From Malacoraja senta (taxonomy: Eukaryota), in assembly GCA_038087875.1 (NCBI GenBank), contig CM075987.1:26538001-26602000 (forward strand): 64,000 nt of DNA, read 5' to 3'. The notes below the pieces were generated by a model. It saw only the letters and a program-made list of their open reading frames with translations. It made no database searches and was not told the DNA's origin. Below are positions 13,135-26,519 of the stretch, in pieces; within the stretch, counting starts at the first letter, position 1; each line of letters begins with the position of its first letter. A program made the position numbers and the translations under genes.

Positions 13135-13415
13135 TTGGTCGGGGTCACAGCGGGCAGAGTGGAGGGCGGGTGTGGGGCCATGACAGTGGAAGCCCTCTAC
13201 AGCGGGGCTGTGCCACCTGCACCGGTTGATCAATGTCCAAGTGTGCCGGCTTGAGACGGTACACGGAGACAGTCTCGTGCCAGCCGCCCACGTCGATGAC
13301 AAAAGTCGAGGTGTCGTGATGCCGCACCTGGAAAGGTAAGGCCTTTCAAGTGGAGTACGGTGGGAATACGTTCTTGAAGCCATTTGTTCATCAAAGGCCT
13401 GACCTGATCTGCCAA
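13135..13415 (-). mobile_element. Gypsy LTR-retrotransposon integrase C-terminal remnant
   Basis: Frameshifted SHRTPLERPY / FQVRHHDTSTFVIDVGGWHETVSVYRLKPAHLD, resembling the GPY/F module and VSxDRLKP motif. Confidence 0.7.
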
Positions 13416-14132
13416 TAATGCAATATGATACGAAGACAATAGACAATAGGTGCTGGAGTAGGCCATTCCGCCCTTCGAGCCAGCACCGCTATTCAATGTT
13501 TATGTACTGATCATCCCCAATCAGTACCCCATTCCTGCCTTCTCCCTATATCCACTGACTCCGCTATTTTTAAGAGCCCTATCTAGCTCTCTCTTGAAAG
13601 CATCCAGAGAACCGGCCTCCACTACCCTCTGAGGCAGAGAATTCCACAGACTCACCACTCTCTGTGAGAAAACGTGTTTCCTCGTCTCCGTTCTAAATGG
13701 CTTACCCCTTATTCTTAAAAAGACAAGACACGATAACCTGGGGTCACTCAGCGGGTCAGGCACCATCTCTGCAGAAAAGGAATAGGTGACGTTTTGGGTT
13801 GGGACCCTTGTTCACACTGAGAGTCAGGGTAAGGAGATGTGGAGGAATCTCTTTAGTCAGAGGGTGGTGAATCTGTGGAATTCATTGCCACAGAAGGCTG
13901 TGGAGGCCAAGTCAGTGGATATTTTTGAGGCAGAGATCGACAGATTCTTGATTAGTGCGGGTGTCAGGGGTTATGGGGAGAAGGCAGGAGAACGGGATTA
14001 GGTGGGAGAGATAGATCAGCCATGATTGAATGGAAGAGTAGACTTGATGGGCCGAATGGCCTAATTCTACTCCTATCACTTATAAACTTATGGATGGGAA
14101 CCGAGAGATATGATACTTGATAATGATGTGCG

Positions 14133-14315
14133 CAGGAAGGAACTGTAGATGTTGGTTTACACCGAAGATAGACACAAAATGCTGGAGTGACTCAGTGGGA
14201 CAGGCAGCATCTTTGGAGAGAAGGAACGGGTGACAGCTGGTCTGAAGAAGGGTCTCGACCCGAAACGTCACTCATTCCTTCTCTCCAGAGATGCCGCCTG
14301 TCCCGCTGAGTTACT
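14133..14315. mobile_element. Penelope inverted pseudo-LTR pair with an intact hammerhead-like core
   Basis: CTGAAGA-AGGGTCTCGACCC-GAAAC-GTC at 14242-14269 on the plus strand, inside inverted arms. Confidence 0.7.
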
Positions 14316-14324
14316 GCAAGATTC

Positions 14325-14627
14325 TTTTTTTTTTTTTAATAATTTTTTTAATAGAAGTACGGTAGATTACAGTAATGTACAACACGTATATATTAATACA
14401 TTTTTTGTACCGCTTCACTTTTTTAAACTTTAAGAAAGAAAAAGAAAGAAGTAAGAAAAGTGAAGAAAGTGCGCAAAGGTTGTGAAGTGCAAAAGAGTGT
14501 TGGGAAAAGAAAGCCCCTTAGAAAAGAAGTTAGAGAAAGAAGTAAAGTTAGAAAATAGACCCTAGAAAAGAAAGAGAAAGAAAGAAGGAACAATCGCTCT
14601 ATTATAACTCTTATAACTCTTATAACA
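14325..14627 (-). mobile_element. Poly(A)-tailed retroposed fragment (L1/Tx1-like 3' UTR)
   Basis: 13-bp TSD TACTGCAAGATTC at 14312-14324 and 14628-14640. Poly(T) at the left end on the plus strand; pyrimidine-rich sense strand. Confidence 0.65.
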
Positions 14628-15164
14628 TACTGCAAGATTCAAGAGAGTTTCTTGTCATGTGTCCCTGATAGGACAATGAAATTCTTGCTTTGCTTCAGCA
14701 CAACAGAACATAGTAGGCATTGACTACAGAACAGCATACTCGCCAAGTGGGCCCATCTCTTATTATTTAACTTAATTTGAAACACACTCGTGAATATTCA
14801 TCCTTCATCCCAAAATTCAGCACAGAGAATACTTTTCCAAGGGATGCGTTAAGTTTCAGGTACTGTACATGTCATCTCGTCTCCTTGTGCGACTGCTGAT
14901 TATCAACTTGCCAGTATACATCATGTCTTGTAACATCTCTTAAATATCCCCAAATGCTCAGATGTGTGAATCACGTCATTCAGAACACAGAGGAGGCCCA
15001 CACACAACTGCCTGATCAAAGCAAAGCAAGATGCCTGCGATCACCAATCCAAGTGTACGGATTCATACGAGCAGGAAATGAGATGAAGATCACCGTGAAC
15101 TTCTATTAGGCTAGCGATGAAATGGCAAAGACAAGAAGACAAGAAGGGCAAAGACAAGCAAGAA

Positions 15165-15398
15165 AGAACTGCAGTTGCTGATAAAATCAAAGGTAGACAC
15201 AAAATGCTGGAGTAACTCAGCGGGACAGGCAGCATCGCTGGAGAGAAGGAATGGGTGACGTTTTGGGTCGAGGCCCTTCTTCAGACTGAGAGTCTGGGCA
15301 AGGAGATGAGGAGGAATTTCCTTAGTTAGAGGGACTGTTTCAGACTGAAGAAGGGTCTCGACCCAAAACGTCACCCATTCCTTCTCTCCAGAGATGCA
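15165..15398. mobile_element. Penelope inverted pseudo-LTR pair with a short CR1-like filler
   Basis: Same repeat family in opposite orientations, separated by about 40 bp of CR1-like sequence. Confidence 0.65.
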
Positions 15399-15859
15399 AG
15401 ACAAGGAGGGTGTCAGGGTTTATGGGGAGAAGGTTGGAGAATGGGGTTGAAAAAGATCCACCATGGTTGAATGGCGGAGTAGACTTGATGGGCGGAATGG
15501 CCCAATTCTGCTTTCTTCCTTTACTGGCTTTACCCTGCACTAAACGTTATTCCATTTATCATGTGTCTGTACATTGTAAACGGCTCAATTGTAATCATGT
15601 ATTGTCTTTCTGCTGACTGGTAAGCACGCAACAAAAGCTTTTCACTGTACCTCGGTACACGTGACAATAAACTAAACTGAAGTCGAAAGTCTAAATATTT
15701 ACATTGAAAAGATCTGCAGGCATGTAGTTCATTGTTATATATTTTTTAAAGAAAAATAAATTGGCCAGTCACCTATTTAATTACACAGAACATCACTGCA
15801 TACTTCTATCCAAGAATAAACTGGAACATACTGAAAGAAGATCTCTTGAATGTTCCTGA

Positions 15860-16207
15860 GTAGGAAGGAACTGCAGATGCTGGTTTATATCAAAGAAAGA
15901 CACAAAATGCTGGAGTAACTCAGCGGGACAGGCAGCATCTCTGGAGAGAAGGAATGGGTGACGTTTCCGGTCGAGACCCTTCTTCAGACTGAGAGTCAGG
16001 GGAAAGGGAAACGAGAGATATAGACGATGATGTATAGAGATATATATTCATTTGTTCTTTATCTCTCTACATCACCATCTATGTCCCTCGTTTCCCTCTC
16101 CCCTGACTCTCAGTCTGAAGAAGGGTCATGACCCTAAATGTCACCCATTCCTTCTCTCCAGAGACGCTGCCTGTCCCCCCCGAGTTACTCCAGCATTTTG
16201 TGTCGAT
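15860..16207. mobile_element. Penelope inverted pseudo-LTR pair (long arms)
   Basis: A minus-oriented then plus-oriented copy of the same repeat, with the degenerate duplication TCTTGAAT.TT.CT on both flanks. Confidence 0.75.
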
Positions 16208-16562
16208 CTTGAATATTTCTATGTGCCAGGTTGCTACGTGAATGAATCCTCATGAGATGTCTACTGCTATGTAGTAAGTCGGCACCGTGCCTGCAACTCA
16301 CATTGCACACTGCAAATCCCCACACCTAAGGCTATGGCTTCACGACAAGGCTCATTCCATGAGAAACACCAACAGTCATTCGGCAAGGCCTGCAGATGAG
16401 GTTTAGCGCGCAGCACAGCAAGAGTTAGAAGAAGGGCCTCGAACCGAGACATCACCCATTCCTTCATTCCAGAGATGCCGCCTGTCCCGCTGAGTCACTC
16501 CAGCATATTGTGTCCATCTTCACAGCAAAGGTAGGTGCTCAGCAAGAATGTTGTCCACATTA

Positions 16563-18562
16563 TAAGTGATCGGAGCAGAAATAGGCCATTCGCCCCATCA
16601 ATCCACTACACTATTCAATCATGGCTGATCTGTCTCTCCCTCTCAACCCCATTCTCCTGCCTTCTCCCCATAACCCCTGACACCCGTACTCGTCTGTGGA
16701 ATTCTCTGCCTCAGAGGGCAGTGGAGGCTGGTTCTCTGGATGCTTTCAAGAGAGAGCTAGATAGGGCTCTTAAAAATAGCGGAGTCAGGGGATATGGGGA
16801 GAAGGCAGGAACGGGGTACTGATTGGGGATGATCAGCCATGATCACATTGAATGGCGGTGCTGGCTCGAAGGGCAGAATGGCCTACTTCTGCACCTATTG
16901 TCTATTGATCAAGAATCTATCAATCTCCGCCTTAAAAATATCCATTGACGGCCTCCACATCCTGTGGCAATGAATTCCACAGATTCACCACCCTCTGACT
17001 GAAGAAATTCCTCCTCATCCCCTTCCTAAAGGAATGTCCTTTAATTCTTAGGCTATGGCCTCTGGTCCTAGACTCTCCCACTAGTGGAAGAGCCCATCCA
17101 CTCTACACCCACCCAATCCGGGACTATTGTTATTTGATAAGGTTCAATGAGGGGTCCCCTCATCCTTCTAAACTCCAGCGAGTACAGGCCCAGTGCCGTC
17201 AACCGCTCGTCGTATGTTAATCCACTCATTCGTGGGACCATTCTCGTGAACATCCTCTGGACCCTCTCCAGCACATCCAGAAATAAGACTTGATGGCTTT
17301 TCTGCAAAGCTCATTCGATGAGAACCACAAACAGCAAGGCCTACAGATAAGGCGTGGCGTGCAGCACAACAAGGGTCAAGACTCATCAAGAACGTATGTG
17401 GTCCACATCAAAATTCTTAATGGGTTGGACAGGCTAGATGCAGCAAGATTGTTCCCGATGTTGGAGAAGTCCAGAACAAGGGGTCACAGTTTAAGGATAA
17501 AGGGGGAAGTCTTTTAGGACCGAGATGAGAAAAACATTTTTCACACAGAGAGTGGTGAATCTGTGGAATTCTCTGCCACCGAAGGTAGTTGAGGCCATTT
17601 CATTGGCTATATTTAAGAGGGAGTTAGATGTGGCCCTTGTGGCTAAAGGGATCAGGGGGTATGGAGAGAAGGCAGGTACAGGATACTGAGTTGGATGATC
17701 AGCCATGGTCATATTGAATGGCGGTACAGGCTCGAAGGGCCGAATGGCCTACTCCTGCACCTATTTTCTATGTTTCTATCAGTGGTGAAAACATCAGGAA
17801 ACATCCCAGCATTTTTGTGCCTATCTTCGGTACTAAACCAGATTTTGGGGTTCACAAGTGATAGGAGCAGAACCAGTCTCCTGCTGAAGGTACTCCTCAG
17901 GTTGACCAGAGTGCTTAGCTCAGTCTGAGCTAGAACATAGAAGATTATAGCGCAGGAACAGGCCCTTCGGCCCACAATGTCAGCATACTATGGGTTGAAG
18001 GGGTAACATTAAGAACAGGGTGCGCCCGTTCAAATGGAGCCCCATCACACAAAAATCTCAAAGTAACCAGTCACTTGGAATCCGAGCAAAATCTGATTGA
18101 AGGTGAAACCAGATGGAGCACTTGAAATTTATGATGCACTCATTAAAGATGAACAAGGGAGTCTTGGTCTGGTGGATGACATTGCATCACAGATCCTGTG
18201 GTATCCACATACTTACTTTCATCAGATCATAAATTATAGGAGTAGAATTAGGCCATTTGGCCCATCAAGTCTACTCCACCATTCAATCACGGCTGATCTA
18301 TCTCTCCCTCCTAACCCCATTCTCCTGCCTTCTCCCCATAATCTCTGACATCAGTGCTAATCAAGAATCTACCTTCTCTGCCTTAAATATATCCATTGAC
18401 TTGGCGTCCACAGCCTTCAGTGGCAAAGAATTCCACAGATTCACCACCCTCTGACTGAAGAAATTCCTCCTCATCTCCTTCCTAAAAGAACGTCCTTTAA
18501 TTCTGAGGCTGTGACCTCTGGTCAACGAGTGAAAGCATCCTCTCCACGTCCACTCCATCCAA
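16563..18562. mobile_element. Nested CR1 3' fragments
   Basis: Minus copy 16563-17278 interrupted by plus copy 16692-16907; plus copy 17409-17778; minus copy 18225-18562. Confidence 0.8.
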
Positions 18563-19212
18563 GCCTATCTTTCTGCTGGGGTCCCTGATTGACAATTTGA
18601 AGGGCGACAGGTGAGGGGACACAGGTAGTAGGTGTGCATCGTTAGTGCAGAAACTGGAAGGCAGCCAAACGCAAGGGCCTCTCTGCACAAGAGCCGCCGT
18701 GCATCTGGTGATCGAACCAAATGGCGTTAGGAGCATAATATGAAACAGGAGCGAGAAATGTGAATAACAACATCTCTCTCTGTTGTATTAAAGTCACGTC
18801 CTCGCACCTGCAGTGGCGTCCTTTTGCATTGACGTGAGAAGAGGGGAATGAAGGGAGGGGAGAGGTGGGACTTGGATACGAGTTTTCAACGCAACCCCAA
18901 TCATGATCAACTTTTAAACGCGAAATGCAAGGGGTTAAACATAATCAATTGCATCTGCAAATATATTATTGCACAATTACATAACCGGTGTGCAGGGACA
19001 AACCGGCCGCTTTCACCCAATGTTGCTCAGCAGAATCAACTAAGGGCAGCTTGGTTTAATAATATTTTTTTTTTAAAAAGACGAGTCTCCATTTAACGAG
19101 GCAACGGCGAGGGAAGGGAGTCTTTGCAAATCGTTGTGGAGTTTTGTTTGGGTGGAATAGAGTAAGGGCTCCGCCTAGTGGCAAAGGTAACTCCGCCAGT
19201 CACCCACCAGCA

Positions 19213-19213
<1 letters not shown>

Positions 19214-19269
<56 letters not shown>

Positions 19270-19311
19270 CCTTCCCTTCAAGAAAACTTTCAATGGCTCG
19301 TTCTCCACATC

Positions 19312-19352
<41 letters not shown>
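19214..19352. repeat. (CA)n and (GA)n microsatellites
   Basis: (CA)n at about 19214-19268 and (GA)n at about 19316-19352. Confidence 0.95.
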
Positions 19353-19361
<9 letters not shown>

Positions 19362-19392
19362 AGGAATTTTTTTTATGGCTGCTAAATATTTC

Positions 19393-19592
19393 NNNNNNNN
19401 NNNNNNNNNNNNNNNNNNNNNNNNNNNNNNNNNNNNNNNNNNNNNNNNNNNNNNNNNNNNNNNNNNNNNNNNNNNNNNNNNNNNNNNNNNNNNNNNNNNN
19501 NNNNNNNNNNNNNNNNNNNNNNNNNNNNNNNNNNNNNNNNNNNNNNNNNNNNNNNNNNNNNNNNNNNNNNNNNNNNNNNNNNNNNNNNNNNN
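19393..19592. other. Assembly gap (200 N)
   Basis: Run of N. Confidence 1.
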
Positions 19593-20117
19593 GGACAATT
19601 TACAATTGTTACGGAAGCCAATTAGCCTACAAACCCTGCACGTGTTTACAGTGTGGGAGGAAACCGGTGCGCCTGGAGAAAACCCACGCGGGTCACGGGG
19701 AGAAACGTGCAAACTCCGCATAGACAGCGCCCGTAGTCAGGATTGAACCCGGGTCCCTGGCGCTAGAAGGCAGCAACTCTATCGCTGTGCCCCCGTGCCG
19801 GCCTCAGCTAGACTTTTGATGAAAATGTTCCATATATCAGATTGCTACCAACAAGTAGAGAGAACCAACCCACTCAGTCTGTTTCTGAGCATTTACATCA
19901 TGTTTTATAACCACTGTACTTCAAAGTACAGGGCAATAAAAGGCAGAGTTTTGAATCTTTTCGGGGCCAAGACTCAAGGCACCAATATCGAGCGTTATTC
20001 ATAGCGGAACTAAGCGTCGTAGTCAGGATCGAACCCGGGTCTCTGGCGCTGTGAGGCAGCAACTCTACCACTACGCCACCGTGCCGTCCTGAAACCAGCG
20101 TCTGAAATGATGTTATC

Positions 20118-20845
20118 AAGTCAAGTCACTTTTATTTCTATAGCACATTTAAAAAACAACTCTCGTTGACCAAAGTGCTTTACATTGGTGGAGATACTAA
20201 CGTTATACAACAGTGGTTCATAGATTAAGTACATACATAAATACATACATATAGCCCTCCCTCAGAGGACGTCAAGAAAGGGTTGGGAGTAGAGATGAGT
20301 TTTAAGTCTCGACTTAAAAGAGTCGATGGAGGGGGCAGTTCTGATGGGAAGAGGGATGCTGTTCCACAGTCTAGGGGCTGCAACCGCAAAGGCGCGGTCG
20401 CCCCTGAGCTTATGCCTAGACCGCGGGATGGTCAGTAACCCCAAGTCGGCCGATCTGAGGGACCTGGAGGTGGAGTGGTGGTGAGCAGACTCTTGATGTA
20501 GGTGGGGGCAAGCCCATTGAGGGCTTTGTAAACATAAAGAAGGATCTTGAAATTTATTCGGAACCACACAGGGAGCCTGTGGAGAGAGGCCAGGATCGGG
20601 GTGATGTGGTCCCTTTTTCGGGTGCCCATCAGGAGTCTCGCTGCGGCGTTTTGGACCAGTTGCAGACGGGACAGGGAAGATTGGCTGATGCCAGTGTAAA
20701 GGGAGTTGCAGTAATCTAGGCGGGAGGAGATGAATGTGTGGATGATCTTTTCGAGGTCGTCAAACTGGAGGAATTGTTTTATTTTAGCTATCGTCCGAAG
20801 CTGGAAGAAGCTAGCTTTTACCACGGCATTGACTTGTTTGTCAAT
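20118..20845 (-). mobile_element. L2-clade LINE 3' fragment
   Basis: ORF pieces SRLDYCNSL..LQLVQNAAARLL..HITPILASLH and GDRAFAVAAPRLWNSIP, with a (TGACT)n tail. Confidence 0.9.
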
Positions 20846-21642
20846 TCAAAGAATTTTTTTTATGAAAGGGCAATATTAAAAAGGGGGCATTAATATCCTT
20901 TTACCTGCATGGCGTTAGAAAGGAGCTATGTTAGAATGGAACATTTTGTGTCTGAGGCCCTGCCAGCCTTGTTTGGTAAGGTTTGTCACGGTGTGCGTCG
21001 CGACTGTGATGAAAGTGCACTTCACAAGTGGCGACACTTTGGACACAGCGTTCTCCACTGAGCATCATAATTTGACCAGGCATGTCCCAAAGCACAGGCG
21101 CGGGGCGAGGCAAATACGGGATAATTATCTACAAATTGCACAGCCGCCGGCCAGCGTCGTTAACTCTATTCCCAAACAGTGTTCTGCCCGCAGGGCTGGC
21201 TTCTGTTGCCGAACTCAAAAAGGTCAGACTGGGGGAAAATGCAATCTACAAAGCACTCGTGGTTCCTTCACAGTCGGAGAAATCGCAGTCAATCTGAAGT
21301 GAAGTAAACAACTAATCTGACAGAACATTTCATTCTGCTAAACCACACGTCTGATAATTAGCCAGTTATATTCACAGATTTGCATTGTTATCCTGAAATG
21401 CTAAGCAGTTTCCCCCTGGGCACATCTAAACTGACTTTATTTATTTGTTCAATCTAAGTTTACCTTGGTCTCAACTCATTGAAAGAGCTGCAGCCAGTAA
21501 TATGCCCCACAGACTCACTTACAACTGACCACAGTCAAGACCAAACTGTGTCCTTTACAGAGACAAGGAACTGCAGGTGCCGGGTCATGCACAAAAGGAA
21601 TGAAAAGTACCAGAGTAACTCAGTAGGTCAGGCAGCATCTCT

Positions 21643-21945
21643 GAATGAATGAATGAATAGGTTTATGGGCCAAGTATGTACACATACAAGGATTTTGCCT
21701 TGGTGCTCCGCTCGCAAGTAACAGCACGACATACAGTAAACAATTAAGAAAAAAACATAAAACATTAAAACATTAAGAATAAAACATTGTAGTTTAAACA
21801 TGGGAATGAAATAAAATACCAGAGCAAAAGGAGGCTATTTGGTTATTGAGTAGAGCTACTGCTTATGGAAAAAAAGCTGTTTTTATGTCTGGCTGTGGCA
21901 GCTTTGACAGTCCGGAGTCGCCTTCCAGAGGGAAATGATTCAAAG
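21643..21945 (-). mobile_element. Rex1/Babar 3' end fragment
   Basis: Reverse complement of the 9630-9890 segment, with an (ATTC)n tail. Confidence 0.7.
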
Positions 21946-21981
21946 AGTCATGCTCTGGAGGACATGGATAGGTGTTGAAAG

Positions 21982-22399
21982 CAAAGCTCCTATAGCGGAT
22001 AGGATCAAGATAGACCACTCCTGCTAAATGCAATGGGCTGACGTGTAGTACGCAACGGAGCGGAACGTGGGCCTTTTTTTCATCCATTTCCGTAACCGGA
22101 CCCGACCCTGACCCGACTCGCAGTGTAATCAACGTTGCAGGGGAACAGTTTGTGTTAATAAATTATAATTCTGAAAATGAGGAGAAGATTTTTATCAAAG
22201 AACTTTTATTTTTACGAGGATGTTTCCGTATCAGCCTTCCGTCTCCGCACTAGTTATCTTTGCTCCGCTATGGCGGGATCTTTGGTGCGGAGACGGAAGC
22301 CGTTACGGAAATGGGGCCGAAAATTACCCATGAATCTGCCCATGACCGTACCACGTCTTTTTCGTCGAGTGATCTATCTTGCTTGCTATAGGATCTTTG
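21982..22399. mobile_element. MITE with CAAAG termini and perfect 8-bp TSD (P- or hAT-like)
   Basis: TIR CAAAG[C/A]TCCTATAGC plus sub-terminal CAAGATAGA[C/T]CACTC. TSD GTTGAAAG at 21974-21981 and 22400-22407. Confidence 0.8.
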
Positions 22400-22407
22400 G
22401 TTGAAAG

Positions 22408-22600
22408 GATCTGCAGATGCTGGTTTAAACCGAAGAGAGACAGAAAATGCTGGAGTAACTCAGCGGGACAGGCAGCATCTCTGGAGAGAAGGAATGGATG
22501 ACATTTCGGGTCGAGACCCTTCTTCAGACTGAGAGGTGAGGGAGAGAGAAACAAGAGATGTAGACAGGGATGTAGAGAGATATAGAACAAATGTCTTTCC
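22408..22600 (-). mobile_element. Penelope pseudo-LTR copy
   Basis: Same family consensus, directly after the MITE at 21982-22399. Confidence 0.65.
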
Positions 22601-23009
22601 ACTACCTCGGTGTCAATAATAAATGAAACTGAACTAAGAAGGGACTCGACCTGATGCAGCCTGACACTGCGCCACCACGACCACCCTAAATCTTATATGC
22701 TATCAAGAAAGAAATTGTTTAATGGAGATTGTGAAGCAACGCATAACTGCATTTCATGCCAACAGAGTTTTGAATGCTTTCTGTGACTCTGCGGGTGGGT
22801 TGGTAACTTCTCACTGGACAATAGACTGAAGAGACTTCTTCTACCTCAGAAAACATTGAATATTGATGTGGTGGTTTCAAAAATAGTCCAAAAGTGATTC
22901 AATAAGAAATGAGTTTCACATCCTTTCCATCAATAAATGAAATCAATAAACTATCATCATGGATTTATGGATGAAACCTAAGTTTTAAATTGGAGAAACT
23001 TTAGGAGGG

Positions 23010-23752
23010 GCACAACATCCGAGGACGTACACACCATTGATGATAAATGGGGATACTGTGGATAGGGTGAGCTGCTTTAAATACCTGGGAGTCCACATCT
23101 CAGAGGATCTGACATGGATATCACACGCTGCCGCCACTGGTGAGTAAGGCAAGGCAGCGCCTTTACCACCTCAGGCAATTGAGGAAATTCAGAGTGTCTC
23201 TGAGGATCCTCCAGTGCTTCTACTCAGCGGCTGTGGAAAGCATCTTGTCCGGAAGCATCTTGTATGGAAATGGTTTGGGAACTGCTCTGCCCAGGACTCT
23301 GCAGAGAGTAGTGCGTTCGGCCGAACGCACTATGGGACTACACCCCCCCCCCCCCTGCAGGAACTATACATCAGAAGGTGCAGATCCAGAGCCAGCAACA
23401 TCATGGGGGACCCCTTCCACCCCAGCAATGGATTGTTCCAGCTGCTACGGTCAGGTAAACGCCTCCGTCGCCATGCTGTGAAAACAGAGAGGATGAGAAG
23501 GAGTTTCTTCCCAGTGGCCATTAGGACTGCAAACTCCTATCTCACCAGGGACTAACTTACTGTACCAATTTACTGCTGTGTGGATCTTTTTAAAATTGCT
23601 GTTTTTTCTTTTTTTCCCCACAAATATGTAATTACTGATTCTGTTCCATTTTGCATTGTAGTTTTTTTGCACAATCCGCGAGCATCGCCACTTTTCATTT
23701 CACTGCACCATCTCGTATGCGTATGTGACGAATAAACTTGACTTGACTTGAA
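23010..23752 (+). mobile_element. Rex1/Babar LINE 3' fragment
   Basis: FKYLGVHISEDLTW..KARQRLYHLRQLRKF..FYSAAVESIL..HPSNGLFQLLRSGKR..RSFFP, with a (CTTGA)n tail. Confidence 0.85.
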
Positions 23753-24869
23753 CATATGATTTGCGTTTGATGACGCTGGGCCTGTACTCGCTGTTTAGAA
23801 GGATGAGGGGAACCTCATTGAAACTTACTGAATAATGTAAGGCCTGGATAGAGTGGATGAGGAGGGATGTTTCTACTAGTGGGAGAGTCTAGGACCAGAG
23901 GCCACAGCCTCAGAATAAAGGACGTACCTTTAGGAAGGAGATGAGGAGGAATTTCTTTAGTCAGAGGGTGGTGAATCTGTGGAACTCATTGCCATGGAGG
24001 CCGTCAATGGATATGTTTAAGGCAGAGATAGATAGATTATTGATTAGTACGGGTGTCAGAGCATTATGGGGAGAAGGCAGGAAAATGGGGTTGAGAGGGA
24101 AAGATAGATCAGCCATGAGCGAATGGCGGAGTAGACATGATGGGCCGAACGGCCTAATTCTGCTCCTAGAACTTATGAATATATTGTCAGGGTTGTTCAG
24201 CTTCCCAGTGAATTAGATTTTAGTTCAGTTTAGAGATACAGCGGGGAAACAGGCCCTTCGGCCCATCGAGTCCGCACCGACCAGCGATCCCCGCACACTA
24301 ACATATCCGTGTTAATTTCTTCAGATCTATGAATGTGAAGAGGTAGCTTCACATTCTCTCTCCCTTCTTTATCAGATCAGATCAGAAAAAAATTATTAGC
24401 CAAGTATGTAAAGGAATTTGACTTGGTGCATATTCCACCGCCTCCTGATTTCCCCGCTGCCTCCGCTTCGCCGTCCACTCTGTGTAGTTGGAAGCCGGCC
24501 AGTTACAGCGCATTGTCCAGGGTCGACTCACACAGCCAGGTCTCGGCGAAGCACAGGGCAGCGGCTCGGGAGAAGACCTTGTTTGTTGTGGGGGGGGAAT
24601 CGTTTACCATCTTTGCTTGATGTTTGTCTTCACTTCATGGAACGCACGACAAAATAAGTGGCCATCGATCCTGGAGAACTGAGCTGTTGAGATTGCTTCT
24701 GAGAGCTTCTTGAGATTACCAAAGCGATCGTACTACAATTCAGTTGAGGAGCACATTTCAAAATTGCTCAGGCAGAACTATGACAACATGAGTTAACACA
24801 GAAACCTGACAACTGGCTCAGCAAGCTATCATCAAGCATTAATTACACCCAGCCAACACCAGATGATGA

Positions 24870-25160
24870 GTTTGGTTTAGAGATACGGCGCGGAAACAGG
24901 CCCTTCGGCCCACTGAGTCCGCGCCGACCAGCGATCCCCGCACACTGACACTATCTTACACACACTAGGGACAATTTACAATTTTACCGAAGCCAATTAA
25001 CCAACAAACCTGCACGTCTTTGGAGTGTGGGAGGAAACCGGAGCACCCGGAGAAAACCCACGCAGGTCACGGGGAGAACGTACAAACTCCGTTCAGACAG
25101 CGCCCGTAATCAGGATGGAACCCGGGTCTCTGGCGCTGTGAGGCAGCAACTCTACCGCTG
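24870..25160 (-). mobile_element. HE1-type V-SINE
   Basis: Reverse complement of the consensus. Confidence 0.8.
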
Positions 25161-26519
25161 CCTGACCCACTGAGAAACTCCAACACTATGAGTTGTTTTT
25201 TCGGATAGGCATCTGGATTTGTAGGGAATGGAGGGATATGGCTTATGTCCAGGCAGGTAAAAGTTGGACACAAAGTGCTGGAGTAACTCAACGGGTCGGG
25301 CACCGTCTGTGGAGGAAAAGGATGGGTGAGGTTTCAGGTCGAGACACGTCTTCAGACTGAAAGTGTCCCATCCGATGTCGGGACCTGACCGGAAACGTCG
25401 ACCGTCCTTTTTCTCCAGAGACGCCGCCTGTCCCACTGAGGATCTGCAGATCCTCCCCACTCATTTTGAACAAGACATAAGTCTCTGACAACCTGTAAAA
25501 TAATCATTGCCAGTTCTGGTAACAGTAAAATAACATCATTAAAAAAATGTTCCCATAGATACATGAAAAATATTGTCAGTCATCCTTAACATTTAAATAT
25601 GGTCTCAAATAAAGCAACTGTGCAGTATATTGGATGGCAGCAGTTGACATTTTAAAGACTGATTTTAGCTAAAACATTTTTTTCTAAATTGAATGATATG
25701 AGCACTTATCCAGCGTTTGTTACTGGAAACAGAAATATCATTTGATGTATGAAAAATGTGGCCTTTACATCGCTCTGCATGTTCAGGCAATGATTGATAA
25801 ATAACCACACAAAGTTAAACAGGGCGGCACGGTGGCGCAGCGGTAGCGTTGCTGCCTGACAGCACCAGAGACCCGGGTTCGATCCTGACTACTGGTGCTG
25901 TCCGTACGGAGTTTACACCTTCTCCCCGTGACCTCGTGGGTTTTCTCCGGGTGCTCCAGTTTCCTCCCACACTCCAAAGACCTTCAGGTTTGTAGGTTAA
26001 TTGGGGCCTGTAAAATATTGTAAATTGCCCCAAGTGTGTAGGATAGTGCTAGCGTACGGGGTGATCGCTGGTCGGCACTGCTCTCTGGCGCTGTAAGGCA
26101 GCAACTCCACCACTGCGCCATCGTGCAGTCCCTAAAAGGAATTGGATAACTAATCGAAAAAATTTAAAAAGAAAACCCACAAACATGGGAATGAAGATTG
26201 GAAACTCCAAAAACATTCAGGTTTGTCGGTTTATCGGCTTGGTATTCATGTGAAATTGTCCCTAGTGTGTGTCGGGTAGTGTTAGTCTGTAGGAAGGAAC
26301 TGCAGATGCTGGTTTAAACCAAAGATAAGACACAAAATGCTGGTGTGACTCAGCGCGACAGGCAGCATCTCTGGAAATAAGGAATTGGTAACATTCTGGG
26401 TCAAGACCTTTCTTCAGTTAATCGCTGGTCGGTGTGGACTCGGTGGGCCTATTTCCACACTGTATCTCTAAACTAAACTAAAACAGGGGTGTCAAAGGAC
26501 AACCAAAGGAAGACTGCAA

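Noticed and set aside
19144..19746. ORFs of 140-200 aa
   Set aside because: They run through microsatellites and the N gap.
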